The position numbers were made by a program, and so were the translations under genes. A DNA stretch of 64,000 bases from sequence record PQ287642.1; one strand, written 5' to 3'. Below are positions 1-8,624 of the stretch, piece after piece. Position 1 is the stretch's first letter. Each line of letters starts with the position of its first letter. The notes beneath the pieces are model-generated. The model ran no database searches. It was not told where the DNA came from and saw only the letters and a list, made by a program, of their open reading frames with translations.

Positions 1-340
1 CGAGATCACTTTCTTCTTCTCCTTTAGGGTCACCACTGTCTTCAGCTTCGGCTTCAGATTCAACATCGGTATCGAACTTATCAACAACTTCACCGCAAGT
101 CAGCATCCGACCATCGTCATCATAGAACGCATCACGATGGAGTGCAGCTAGAACAGGAGATACGAGTGCTGCTACTTCGTTGTCATCATGACCTTCGAAA
201 GCAGCTTGTAGTTCTTCAAAAGAAAGGGGACCGTATTCAACCGGTGTCTCTTGGGGAGTTTCCGGAATAACAGGAGTAACAGGTTCTACCGGTTTAGCTA
301 CGGTAGGAATAGAGAAACCACGATTTCGATTTTTAGCCAT
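1..340 (-). CDS. Hypothetical acidic/Pro-rich protein, 5' part only (runs off the window)
   Basis: ATG at 340; reads MAKNRNRGFSIPTVAKPVEPVTPVIPETPQE..., open to position 1. Confidence 0.7.
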   Translation of the reverse strand, partial: MAKNRNRGFSIPTVAKPVEPVTPVIPETPQETPVEYGPLSFEELQAAFEGHDDNEVAALVSPVLAALHRDAFYDDDGRMLTCGEVVDKFDTDVESEAEAEDSGDPKGEEESDL

Positions 341-402
341 GGGGATTTCCTAGTTTGTGAATAGTCAAAGAATTAGGGGAATTGGTAAGATTCCCCTTTG
401 TC

Positions 403-1746
403 TTAAGAAAGACGACGGACCGGGTCCCATTTAACAGTCTTCAGAGTAGCACTGTGCATCTTCGACATGAAGATACTCAAGAAGCGTCCACCCACACCAG
501 CTGCCGCAGCAGGAATACCGTTGGGGTTCTCAGCAAGAGCTTTACCCGCACAAGTAGCACAGATATTCTTATCTCGTCCAAGGATACCCTTTTCAATGTC
601 ACGTCCAGACTTACACGTCATTGGACCGCGTACATCGATAATTTGACCCATAAGTCCATCAATGTTTTCAGAGGTAATAAGAATGGATTCTCCATCCTTA
701 ACCATAGTGTAACCAACGAGTTCTTTAGCATTAAACTTATCTACTCGCGTTGGAACACCAATATGTGTTTTACAGTCAGGTTCTATAATTCGGACTGTAC
801 CGACCATTCGATAAATAGTCTTGGTGGACTCGCCACCCAATGCAGTCTGAGCACCACGGTTATAAGAACCATAACGAAGAGAGTTGTTCATCACAGGCAT
901 GTGATCTGTATCAATGCCTTCTTCAAGTGACTTAGAGATAAGTTCAACCGACGTACCATCCGAGAACGGAGATTCACCACCAAATAGATAGTGAACTTTC
1001 TTACGAACACCACCGAATAGCTTAGCATGTTTTGCATCATAGAACTCATACGACTCATCGTCAGATAGATACTCTTCATCCATCTTAATAAGTTCGTTAC
1101 CTATTTTTGCAACAATAGCTGGGTCAGTTAATTGATCTTTATATTGTTCCAAAAGAGCTGCACGTACTTTATCTCTGTCTGGGTGAGCAGTCATCGATTT
1201 ACGTGTAACAGAAGTAACAAGGCTATCGGCGTAAGCGGGAATAGCTAGACAATGATCCGCAAACATTAGATATTGCCAAACGTAGATCTTACCATCCGGT
1301 GCTCGTTCAGTGACGTTACCATCTTCACGGTCGTCAATCAGTCTATCTAGCAGCTCATTCTCAATTTTAGCAGGTGAAAAATATCCTGTCTGAAATGGGA
1401 AGATATCCCCGAACGGAAGGACCAGACAGAGGTAGTTAACGAATACATTACCATACGTAGTACGTAACGGTTCAGTACCTTTGTAGTTTTCTATTTCACC
1501 CGGTTGTAAAATGAATTCATCACGGAAGTGTAAAGGAGCTCGACCTTCGATGTAATCATCGATGAAAATTTTCTCATCGCCATTCGGCATGTAGAACCAC
1601 ATTCGGCCTTCACCAAAATGTGGCTTATAAGGCATGTTAGGAATATCATCGTTATTATAAACGATGTTGAACAGACTGTTCATCCATGCACGTTTTTTAC
1701 ATAGACCAGCTTTAATTCCTAAAAGGAAATAATCACGCAGTTTCAT
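403..1746 (-). CDS. Virion RNA polymerase beta'-like C-terminal subunit (phiKZ gp80-like)
   Basis: 447 aa; Zn-site cysteines (DCKT, RGPMTCK, ICATCAG) and trigger-loop-like GGRFLSIFMSKMH; synteny. Confidence 0.8.
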   Translation of the reverse strand: MKLRDYFLLGIKAGLCKKRAWMNSLFNIVYNNDDIPNMPYKPHFGEGRMWFYMPNGDEKIFIDDYIEGRAPLHFRDEFILQPGEIENYKGTEPLRTTYGNVFVNYLCLVLPFGDIFPFQTGYFSPAKIENELLDRLIDDREDGNVTERAPDGKIYVWQYLMFADHCLAIPAYADSLVTSVTRKSMTAHPDRDKVRAALLEQYKDQLTDPAIVAKIGNELIKMDEEYLSDDESYEFYDAKHAKLFGGVRKKVHYLFGGESPFSDGTSVELISKSLEEGIDTDHMPVMNNSLRYGSYNRGAQTALGGESTKTIYRMVGTVRIIEPDCKTHIGVPTRVDKFNAKELVGYTMVKDGESILITSENIDGLMGQIIDVRGPMTCKSGRDIEKGILGRDKNICATCAGKALAENPNGIPAAAAGVGGRFLSIFMSKMHSATLKTVKWDPVRRLS

Positions 1747-2617
1747 AGAACTTTCCCATTTTACGCTTGATCTCGTCGATCACCCGTTCCATGATATTAC
1801 GTTCCATCTCGTTCTCTGTGTATTCATCGATAGAAACTTTAACAGTGCTATAGATACTATCGAGGTGAAGATTAGAGAAGAATGCAAGACCTACCATTTC
1901 ATAAGCCGCATCTTGAGCGTTCTTATTGTCCAGGCTTTCAAGACTATTAGAAAGGAGTTCTAACCAGTCATGTCCGACTCGCATACCAGAATTAGACAGT
2001 TCGAGAACCATACTAAACTTATCTCGACCTATGGTATTCATCAATCGATTAAGAACACGGATACGGGATACAGGAGCGATGTATTCGTCGATGTGACCAC
2101 GCGTCATCATAGTGTCTTGCACCATCGCTTTTAAAGCATCGATGAAAGAAACAGATACTTCATTAATTAAAGGCCACACTTCGTCGAAAGAAAGGCGTTC
2201 AAACATAGGTACCAGATGAGCAAGAATTTCCTCATTATCGAAATCGCCTTGTAGAATCAACTCAATCTGGTCAGGAAGAATATAATTTGGCAAACCTAAA
2301 ATAGTACGGACAATTGCAAGCCGTTGCTCTTGTGTCGCCTCATCCGATACTTTTACTTCGTGTGCAGCTAGAACCTGATCATGGGCCACACGGATAATAT
2401 CGTCGATACGGCCAAGCAACATCATAGTGTCTGCATTGTCATCAGCAATAGAGCAAACGGTATGCAGTTCATCAAGAGCTGCCGAGTAATCCATTTCCTC
2501 TAGGGAAGCTACGCATTCAAGCATGATTTCTTTTCGTTCTTCCATCACTAGGGGAGTGAGGATACTATCTAGCATTTCTTTCATTGGAATTATCCTGTAT
2601 AAATGAATATCTAACAT
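1733..2617 (-). CDS. Conserved phiKZ-like protein (gp79-like), probably virion; start may be 2584
   Basis: 294-aa ORF overlapping the next gene; synteny. Confidence 0.6.
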   Translation of the reverse strand: MLDIHLYRIIPMKEMLDSILTPLVMEERKEIMLECVASLEEMDYSAALDELHTVCSIADDNADTMMLLGRIDDIIRVAHDQVLAAHEVKVSDEATQEQRLAIVRTILGLPNYILPDQIELILQGDFDNEEILAHLVPMFERLSFDEVWPLINEVSVSFIDALKAMVQDTMMTRGHIDEYIAPVSRIRVLNRLMNTIGRDKFSMVLELSNSGMRVGHDWLELLSNSLESLDNKNAQDAAYEMVGLAFFSNLHLDSIYSTVKVSIDEYTENEMERNIMERVIDEIKRKMGKFYETA

Positions 2618-2708
2618 ACGGTTATGTTGCAGGTATGTCTTCGTAATATGTGAAAAGTTACGTTTCCTGTAACATCTATGTTACTACACTATTCCATTAG
2701 GAGCTTCA

Positions 2709-3305
2709 ATGAGTAAGTTTAGTGAGCTGCCGTTTAATTTGATGGATACAATACACCATCCAAAACCAACTCCTGAAGATGAAAAACGGCTCTCTGAAGC
2801 CCTTGATAAAATATTCCCCCATAATCCAAAATTGGAGCACAATCAAATGACCGCACTGTCCCCGAAAGAACAACTGGACCAAGCTGTAGAAGCTTCTGCT
2901 GTAGCAGCACAACAACTCATTAAAGAAGATGGCTGGGCCATTCTTCGCGAATTGTATCGCACTACAGCTGCTGCTCTTAATGCTACTTCCATTGTTATCA
3001 TTCCGGCGCTGGAGCGTCGTGAAGAAATTCTGAGTAAACTCAGTGATCCTGAAGGTTTCTCTAAAGATCTGCAAAACTGCATGTCTGATATTGAACAGAT
3101 GATCAGTGCTCTGGAAGCTCTTAGTATTCTTCACGTAAACAAAACTGGTACACCTGATCTGGCTGATCTCGATCAAATCGGTAAGCTGACTTTGGGTTAC
3201 GCAAATCTCCAACATAAAGTAGAAACAGCTGTTCAACCACTGCTGATGGGTCTCATTGCTAAGATGCAAGAAGCTGGTGTTGATACTGTTTCCTTCGTGA
3301 AATAA
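2709..3305 (+). CDS. Hypothetical helical protein
   Basis: 198-aa ORF with AGGAG upstream. Confidence 0.7.
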   Translation: MSKFSELPFNLMDTIHHPKPTPEDEKRLSEALDKIFPHNPKLEHNQMTALSPKEQLDQAVEASAVAAQQLIKEDGWAILRELYRTTAAALNATSIVIIPALERREEILSKLSDPEGFSKDLQNCMSDIEQMISALEALSILHVNKTGTPDLADLDQIGKLTLGYANLQHKVETAVQPLLMGLIAKMQEAGVDTVSFVK

Positions 3306-3316
3306 GGTAATACAAA

Positions 3317-4918
3317 ATGCAAGAGCTTGATATGGATAAAGAAGACAATTATCCTGCTGAGGGTAATTGGGAACAGCAAGCTGATGCAGAAGTAGAACAG
3401 GGGCCCACGGGTCCCACTCTACCAGACGCACCTGCGGAAGAAGTATCTTCTTCGCCTGCTGTTGAACTACCTCCACTGGTAATTGACCAGAAACCAGTTA
3501 ACTTCACTGAGACACGTTCTTGTTCTAGTGAAGCTATTCCTGGTATGACCTCTTTGATGAGTTTCATTCTAGAAAACCCCAAGACCTTTAACCAGGTATT
3601 GGAACGTCACTCGGCGCTATTGAATGGAATGCACCAAGGTGATCTCACTACTACTAGCAGTGACCGAGATTGGTTGATTTCTCTAGTAGCTGGTATGAAC
3701 CATACTAACCTTGACCCCACTCCTATCGGTGGGACGGAACGTGAAGGTTCTGTATGGCAACAAGGTATTACTGGTCATGATAACGGTAACCTTATTCGAC
3801 CAGGCCGCCCTTCTCAAAAGATCGATCGTAATAAACGACACAGTAAAGAAGAACTGTTGGCATACCTCTCCAAGAAATCTGGTCTTGGTGCGACATACGA
3901 AACGTTTATGCCTCGTTCGGGTATCTGGCTTCGCCTGCGTGCTCCGACACTTACTGAAGTAGTCGCATTGCAAACAGAAATGCAGCAGATCAAGCTCCGG
4001 CTGGGAATGCAAACCAAAGGCATGTCGTTCTCTAACGCTGGTTCCGTAATGATGAACGCGATGACTGACCTGGCTCTGTCTTGTGTTATTGCATCGAACA
4101 AGTCCTTCATTACTCCAAGTGACCTGGAACATGAACTATCGATCTTTGATGAAGCTATCCTGCATCATGCCCTAGCTTCTACAATGTACATTGATGGATT
4201 CAACTACGACGTTCCATGTATTGCAGACCCGGACAACTGTACGGCTCGTATCACTGCAAAACTTAACATGTCGTCTATCGTTTGGTTTGACAACACTGTA
4301 TTCAGTAATGATCAGCGTAAATTTATAGCTAAGAAATTTGCACCTGCTACGGATGAAGACTTCAAAGCTTACCGTGAAGGTTTCGGTATTGGCGGTAAGA
4401 AAGTATTCTGGTTTGGTGATATTGGTGTTCGTCTTGCTATCCCGACTATCGCTCAACGTAAGATGGCTGCTTCTCAGTGGTCTCAGACATTGATCGAAAT
4501 GTCTCAAGGTACATTTAACGAACCGCCACATGGTGTTCAACGTTCAGCGTACATTGATAAACTGAGTAAAGCTACTATCGCCATGCAGTACGCTCATTGG
4601 GTAGATGGTATCTATGAAAAGGACGACGATGTAGAAGACTTCGAAGATCAACTGCTTTCCGACGATCAAGAAATCATTAGTGATTATCTGGCGAACACTC
4701 TGAGTGATCCGCAGTACGCGGAGCAGTTCTTTGATACCGTACATGAGTATACTAACTCTTGTGTACTGGCTGTGGTAGCTCTTCCATCGCATAACTGCAA
4801 AGAATGTAAAGGTCCTCAGGGCCAAGCATTCAACGAACGTTTCCCGCACCTTGTACCGCTAGACATGATGGCAATATTTTTCACGTTGGCGGGCCAGAAA
4901 GCCAAGCACCTGGAGTAA
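3317..4918 (+). CDS. Putative tail/baseplate-hub assembly chaperone (T4 gp26-like / gpG-like; phiKZ gp77-like)
   Basis: 533 aa; two Cys pairs (VPCIADPDNC, HNCKEC) and a C-terminal PLDxxxIFF ending typical of myophage tail chaperones; function is inference. Confidence 0.55.
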   Translation: MQELDMDKEDNYPAEGNWEQQADAEVEQGPTGPTLPDAPAEEVSSSPAVELPPLVIDQKPVNFTETRSCSSEAIPGMTSLMSFILENPKTFNQVLERHSALLNGMHQGDLTTTSSDRDWLISLVAGMNHTNLDPTPIGGTEREGSVWQQGITGHDNGNLIRPGRPSQKIDRNKRHSKEELLAYLSKKSGLGATYETFMPRSGIWLRLRAPTLTEVVALQTEMQQIKLRLGMQTKGMSFSNAGSVMMNAMTDLALSCVIASNKSFITPSDLEHELSIFDEAILHHALASTMYIDGFNYDVPCIADPDNCTARITAKLNMSSIVWFDNTVFSNDQRKFIAKKFAPATDEDFKAYREGFGIGGKKVFWFGDIGVRLAIPTIAQRKMAASQWSQTLIEMSQGTFNEPPHGVQRSAYIDKLSKATIAMQYAHWVDGIYEKDDDVEDFEDQLLSDDQEIISDYLANTLSDPQYAEQFFDTVHEYTNSCVLAVVALPSHNCKECKGPQGQAFNERFPHLVPLDMMAIFFTLAGQKAKHLE

Positions 4919-4956
4919 TCAACGAGGACCCCCGGCATAGTCGTCTAACAATTAAT

Positions 4957-5379
4957 TTGGAGGACGACAACGGGCACGTTACAATGAACTCTTTCGGTCG
5001 CAAGACTGTTAATGGTAAGAGTGCATTCGATGAACTCGTGCGAACGCTAGATGCCGTAAGGCCAGCTATTGCCGAAATGTTGACCAGGAAGGCCTACCAT
5101 AAAGACTACGGTATTTTCGATCATGATTCACCAGAGGCTGATCCTTTAGATCTGGTTAGAATGCATCCTAAGGAAAACGTCGTAGAAGGTGGACCTGAAA
5201 GAACTTGGATACGGAAGTTTGTCAATTACAAGATCAATGACATTTATGGTTTATCTTTACTAGAGTTCTTTGAACTACCCTTTAATGATTGTTTGTTCAT
5301 GATTGAACTTGCAGAGTCGAAGGCTATTCAAAGTACATCGCAAGCTAGACAAATCGAGAAAGATCTTGGATTAAAATAA
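4957..5379 (+). CDS. gpT/T4 gp51-like chaperone extension (phiKZ gp76-like); probably made as a -1 frameshift fusion
   Basis: YGLSLLEFFELPFNDCLFMIELAE motif; no well-spaced RBS; frame open from 4810 across the 3' end of the upstream gene. Confidence 0.55.
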   Translation: MEDDNGHVTMNSFGRKTVNGKSAFDELVRTLDAVRPAIAEMLTRKAYHKDYGIFDHDSPEADPLDLVRMHPKENVVEGGPERTWIRKFVNYKINDIYGLSLLEFFELPFNDCLFMIELAESKAIQSTSQARQIEKDLGLK

Positions 5380-5394
5380 AAAAAAATAAAGCAT

Positions 5395-5427
5395 AGCTCC
5401 TACCCGAAGGTAGGAGCTTTATGCCGT
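5395..5427. terminator. Bidirectional hairpin with TATG tails
   Basis: AGCTCCTACC-CGAA-GGTAGGAGCT between convergent genes; TTATGCCGT on +, TATGC plus a U-run on -. Confidence 0.85.
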
Positions 5428-5428
5428 C

Positions 5429-5668
5429 TTACACTTGTGCTTCAATCATCATGAAAAGACCACCCAAGAAGAGAGTGATCAGCGCTACGATAGCAGCTCC
5501 CCATATGAGAGCAGTGCAAATCATATTAATGCGGTCGAGCATGATGATATCTTTCTTGGGTAAACGAGTTCGACGAACATCATCGTTATCTTTTACCAGT
5601 TTTGCTACGAACAGGGACCCAGCGATAATCGAAATAGAGATCCACCAGATCAGCATGATGGTTTCCAT
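5429..5668 (-). CDS. Small membrane protein (2 TM)
   Basis: 79 aa, two hydrophobic segments flanking a basic loop. Confidence 0.75.
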   Translation of the reverse strand: METIMLIWWISISIIAGSLFVAKLVKDNDDVRRTRLPKKDIIMLDRINMICTALIWGAAIVALITLFLGGLFMMIEAQV

Positions 5669-5681
5669 GATTAACTCCTTG

Positions 5682-5942
5682 TTAGTTCATGAGCGTCCAC
5701 GGCGGTAACTGGAGAGGGGTATACACGCTAACCAGGGCCGTAATGATCATTACTAGATAAATCGCAAAGCTAATTGCCCAACTGACGCAGAGGAACATGC
5801 AGAGGTACTTCCAATTAGGAAGCCACTTGCATACACCCATTACGAACAACCACGATACAGCATAGCCAGTCATGATCAATAGTCCAGGAAGGCTAAGTGT
5901 CCCGTAAATAAACGCTATTGGGTTAGTAAACATCAAATCCAT
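5682..5942 (-). CDS. Small membrane protein (2-3 TM)
   Basis: 86 aa, almost wholly hydrophobic; GGAG RBS. Confidence 0.75.
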   Translation of the reverse strand: MDLMFTNPIAFIYGTLSLPGLLIMTGYAVSWLFVMGVCKWLPNWKYLCMFLCVSWAISFAIYLVMIITALVSVYTPLQLPPWTLMN

Positions 5943-5950
5943 GTTAACTC

Positions 5951-6139
5951 CTATTTTGGAAGCATGTCGAATAAATGATATCCACTATAGCCGGTGATAG
6001 CAATAATAACTACGCCAAATAGAACCATAGAGATTCTATCTGAAAAGGTTTTACTGCTAGCTACCAAGCCATAGAAAGTCATTACACCTCCAACCGTAAG
6101 AGAAGCGAAGAAGGTGAGTATCAGTACAATCCATCCCAT
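5951..6139 (-). CDS. Small membrane protein (2 TM)
   Basis: 62 aa, two hydrophobic helices. Confidence 0.7.
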   Translation of the reverse strand: MGWIVLILTFFASLTVGGVMTFYGLVASSKTFSDRISMVLFGVVIIAITGYSGYHLFDMLPK

Positions 6140-6143
6140 GGTA

Positions 6144-6353
6144 TCAACTCAGAAAGATGTTATAAAAGGTTGCCATGATCAAGTATACGGCAAGAAGGAT
6201 TGCTGCCAAAGGACCAGATGCATTGAAAGCTTTAGCCAGTTTAATCGGCAGGTGGTTCGTTTTGACACCCATGACCGCAAGTCCCTGTTTCAGGAAAAAG
6301 ACGATGAACAGAGTGATGATAGCGAAAGCAAATACATTGGTGATAATAGCCAT
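6144..6353 (-). CDS. Small membrane protein (2 TM)
   Basis: 69 aa; AAGGA RBS; early promoter just upstream. Confidence 0.75.
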   Translation of the reverse strand: MAIITNVFAFAIITLFIVFFLKQGLAVMGVKTNHLPIKLAKAFNASGPLAAILLAVYLIMATFYNIFLS

Positions 6354-6388
6354 TACATTGTCCTTTATGTGGGTGTATATTCACAGTT

Positions 6389-6406
6389 GTAATATAGGCT
6401 TTAAAT
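6389..6406 (-). promoter_or_regulatory. Early (virion-RNAP) promoter
   Basis: ATTTAAAGCCTATATTAC; TATATTAC is the phiKZ early motif. Confidence 0.75.
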
Positions 6407-6703
6407 GAACTTAAATGCATATTTGAGATTAGCTGCTGCGAACATAGCAACAGTGAAGAACCCAAATCCAGCGATTAGATAATAACGATACTCTCTCCAG
6501 TGTTTAGGTGTATCGTAGGCATTTGGATCAACTAGTGCATTACCGATACCTAAAACACAGGTACATGCAGCTAGTACACCTGTTGAAATAGCCAGTGCAG
6601 CATAAGGTAGATAGATGTATGCCACAACGGGAATTGCTATAACAATTACCAGAAGGAGGAACATTAGGTTGGGGAAAGGGAGAGCAGCGGGAGATGTATT
6701 CAT
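6401..6703 (-). CDS. Small membrane protein (3 TM)
   Basis: 100 aa, three hydrophobic segments. Confidence 0.75.
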   Translation of the reverse strand: MNTSPAALPFPNLMFLLLVIVIAIPVVAYIYLPYAALAISTGVLAACTCVLGIGNALVDPNAYDTPKHWREYRYYLIAGFGFFTVAMFAAANLKYAFKFI

Positions 6704-6713
6704 TTGTAATTCC

Positions 6714-6986
6714 TTAGATGTGGGATGCAGCGATTACGAACATGGTCAGCGTAAAGTAAGCTAATACCAAGTAACATTTCTTTACGAACGTATGGATCAA
6801 TCGGGTCAATGCAATCTCAGAATACTCTATAGACTGCTTTATTAACTTCGGTTTGATGTTCTGTCCGGCTAAACGTAACAAGTGTTTATAGTGCGCCGTT
6901 CTGTACTCCTCACGGAGCTTCAGTTCCAATACATACATCACGACGGTTAATATCGGTGAAACAATAAGTAGGATCACAGGTGACAT
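6714..6986 (-). CDS. Small membrane protein (2 TM)
   Basis: ATG 6986 with AGAGGAA RBS (ORF-track start 7016 lies in a terminator); hydrophobic N- and C-termini. Confidence 0.7.
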   Translation of the reverse strand: MSPVILLIVSPILTVVMYVLELKLREEYRTAHYKHLLRLAGQNIKPKLIKQSIEYSEIALTRLIHTFVKKCYLVLAYFTLTMFVIAASHI

Positions 6987-7009
6987 TTCTATTCCTCTTA
7001 ACGGTATAA

Positions 7010-7029
7010 AGCCCACCCGAAGGTGGGCT
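7010..7029 (-). terminator. Hairpin terminator after the helicase
   Basis: AGCCCACC-TTCG-GGTGGGCT then TTATACCG on -. Confidence 0.8.
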
Positions 7030-7033
7030 GTTA

Positions 7034-8568
7034 TTAGTGCATGGCTATCCGTCTGAGTACCATTGAAAGAGTTTTACCGGCGAAATGCTCACTTTTATTC
7101 CGAGCATATCTCACGTGGTGCGGTATGTTTTCACACACTAGGTAGGTCAACCTAGGTACCACATCTTGGAAGTCTTTCAGTTTACGGAGACGACCCAGAA
7201 TTTGAATGTTATCTTTCTTGGAATCGGTAGCTTGTAACAATACTACCTCACGAAGATTAGGGATGTCTACACCTGTACCAGATGACTTAATAGTGGACAC
7301 CGTAATGTCGTTCTTAAGTAACTGTTCATAACTGCAACCTGAGACATGTCCGTTAACCACAAGGTCAGGGAACTTAGTCTTCAGATATTTAACCAGTTTT
7401 TCAATAAAGGCGACCGTTGCACAAAGGAGGAGTAGTTTCTGACCAGGTAACCGATCTTTCACATACACGCCATCAGCAATACGACCGACCATCCTGAAAT
7501 AGTCATCCATCCGTTTAGGATCTTTCATCATTACCGTTTCGTAACGCGCATGGTTATACGTATTCTTAAACGGTGTAAGATAATCCTTCGGTTTGATCTT
7601 TGGTTCAGTGTAGAGTAGCCCCATGCAGTTGATGTAGACATCGTAGTTGGGCAGGCGACACATGGTCTCTGCTGGCAACATCTTGTCAATCATCTTCGTC
7701 ACGTAGGCGTTCCCTGTGTAGGGAGTAGCCGACAAATAGATCTGCTTATTAATGTTAGAGTAAATATCGATACGGAAGGTTAGTCCTGGATCTTCTTGAA
7801 TCTCGTCGTTAATTTGCAGTCCTGCTTGTATTGCTTCGTGGAACCGGGGTGGAGGTACATTGTATCCGAGCTCATGGAGTCGGTTACCATACTTCTCAAA
7901 GTTATCTAGATATGCCCGGTAGGTAGTAGAAGAGATTACAATAACGTCAATCCCTTCAAGATCGTTTTCGACGCCGCGATCTATTAGTTTTTGGAGTTCT
8001 GCGGAACCCGAGATGGTAATGTATCTCTGGGCAATGTCCTTGTAAGTGTTCTGAAGAGCCTCAATCCAAATACCAAAATACTTGGGAGGAACCATCACAA
8101 CACATCTTACCCCCATCGAAGCCAAGGACGCTAGGCTCGTGAGGGTTTTCCCTTTCCCGTTTGCAAGTCTACCCGTGCAGAATGTAACCAATCACGCAAA
8201 ATATCTTCACGGATGATTTCCTGATAATCCCGGAGTACGTATTTCTCGTACATTTCGTAAACAGCAATTGCTGCTTTAGGGACAGGGATATCCTCAATCT
8301 CGACTCGTTCTCTTGGGATACCTTTGTTCTCCAGATAACCGATCAGGTCTTCTAGTGAATTTCGGTGGATATAAGTCTCTGATAGATCTTCGAAACAACC
8401 ATAGTACTTTTTCTTGAGTTCCATGATGATTCGATTACCAGGGATCTTCTTAGGTTCTTTCAAAGAAAGCCCTTCAAGAAACCCCTGCATCTTAGCGAAC
8501 GTTTCCCGAGTATACCCAGATAGTCGGACACCATGCGTATAGCGCTCAGCCTTGAGTATCGGTAGCAT
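7034..8568 (-). CDS. SF2 (UvsW/DEAD-like) helicase, phiKZ gp75-like, split by a -1 frameshift in Walker A
   Basis: ORFs 8131-8568 and 7034-8191 join into 511 aa with QTGKGKT, DEIQ, SAT, TGVDIPNL and QILGRLR motifs. Confidence 0.85.
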
Positions 8569-8624
8569 AAAAAATTAACGAGGGGAAAGGGAGAGCCAAA
8601 GCCCTCCCTACCTCGACCTCCATC

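Noticed and set aside
2643-2650. CATATTAC on the minus strand as an early promoter
   Set aside because: Mismatch at the first core base, lacks the upstream 10-nt element, and precedes a presumed late virion gene
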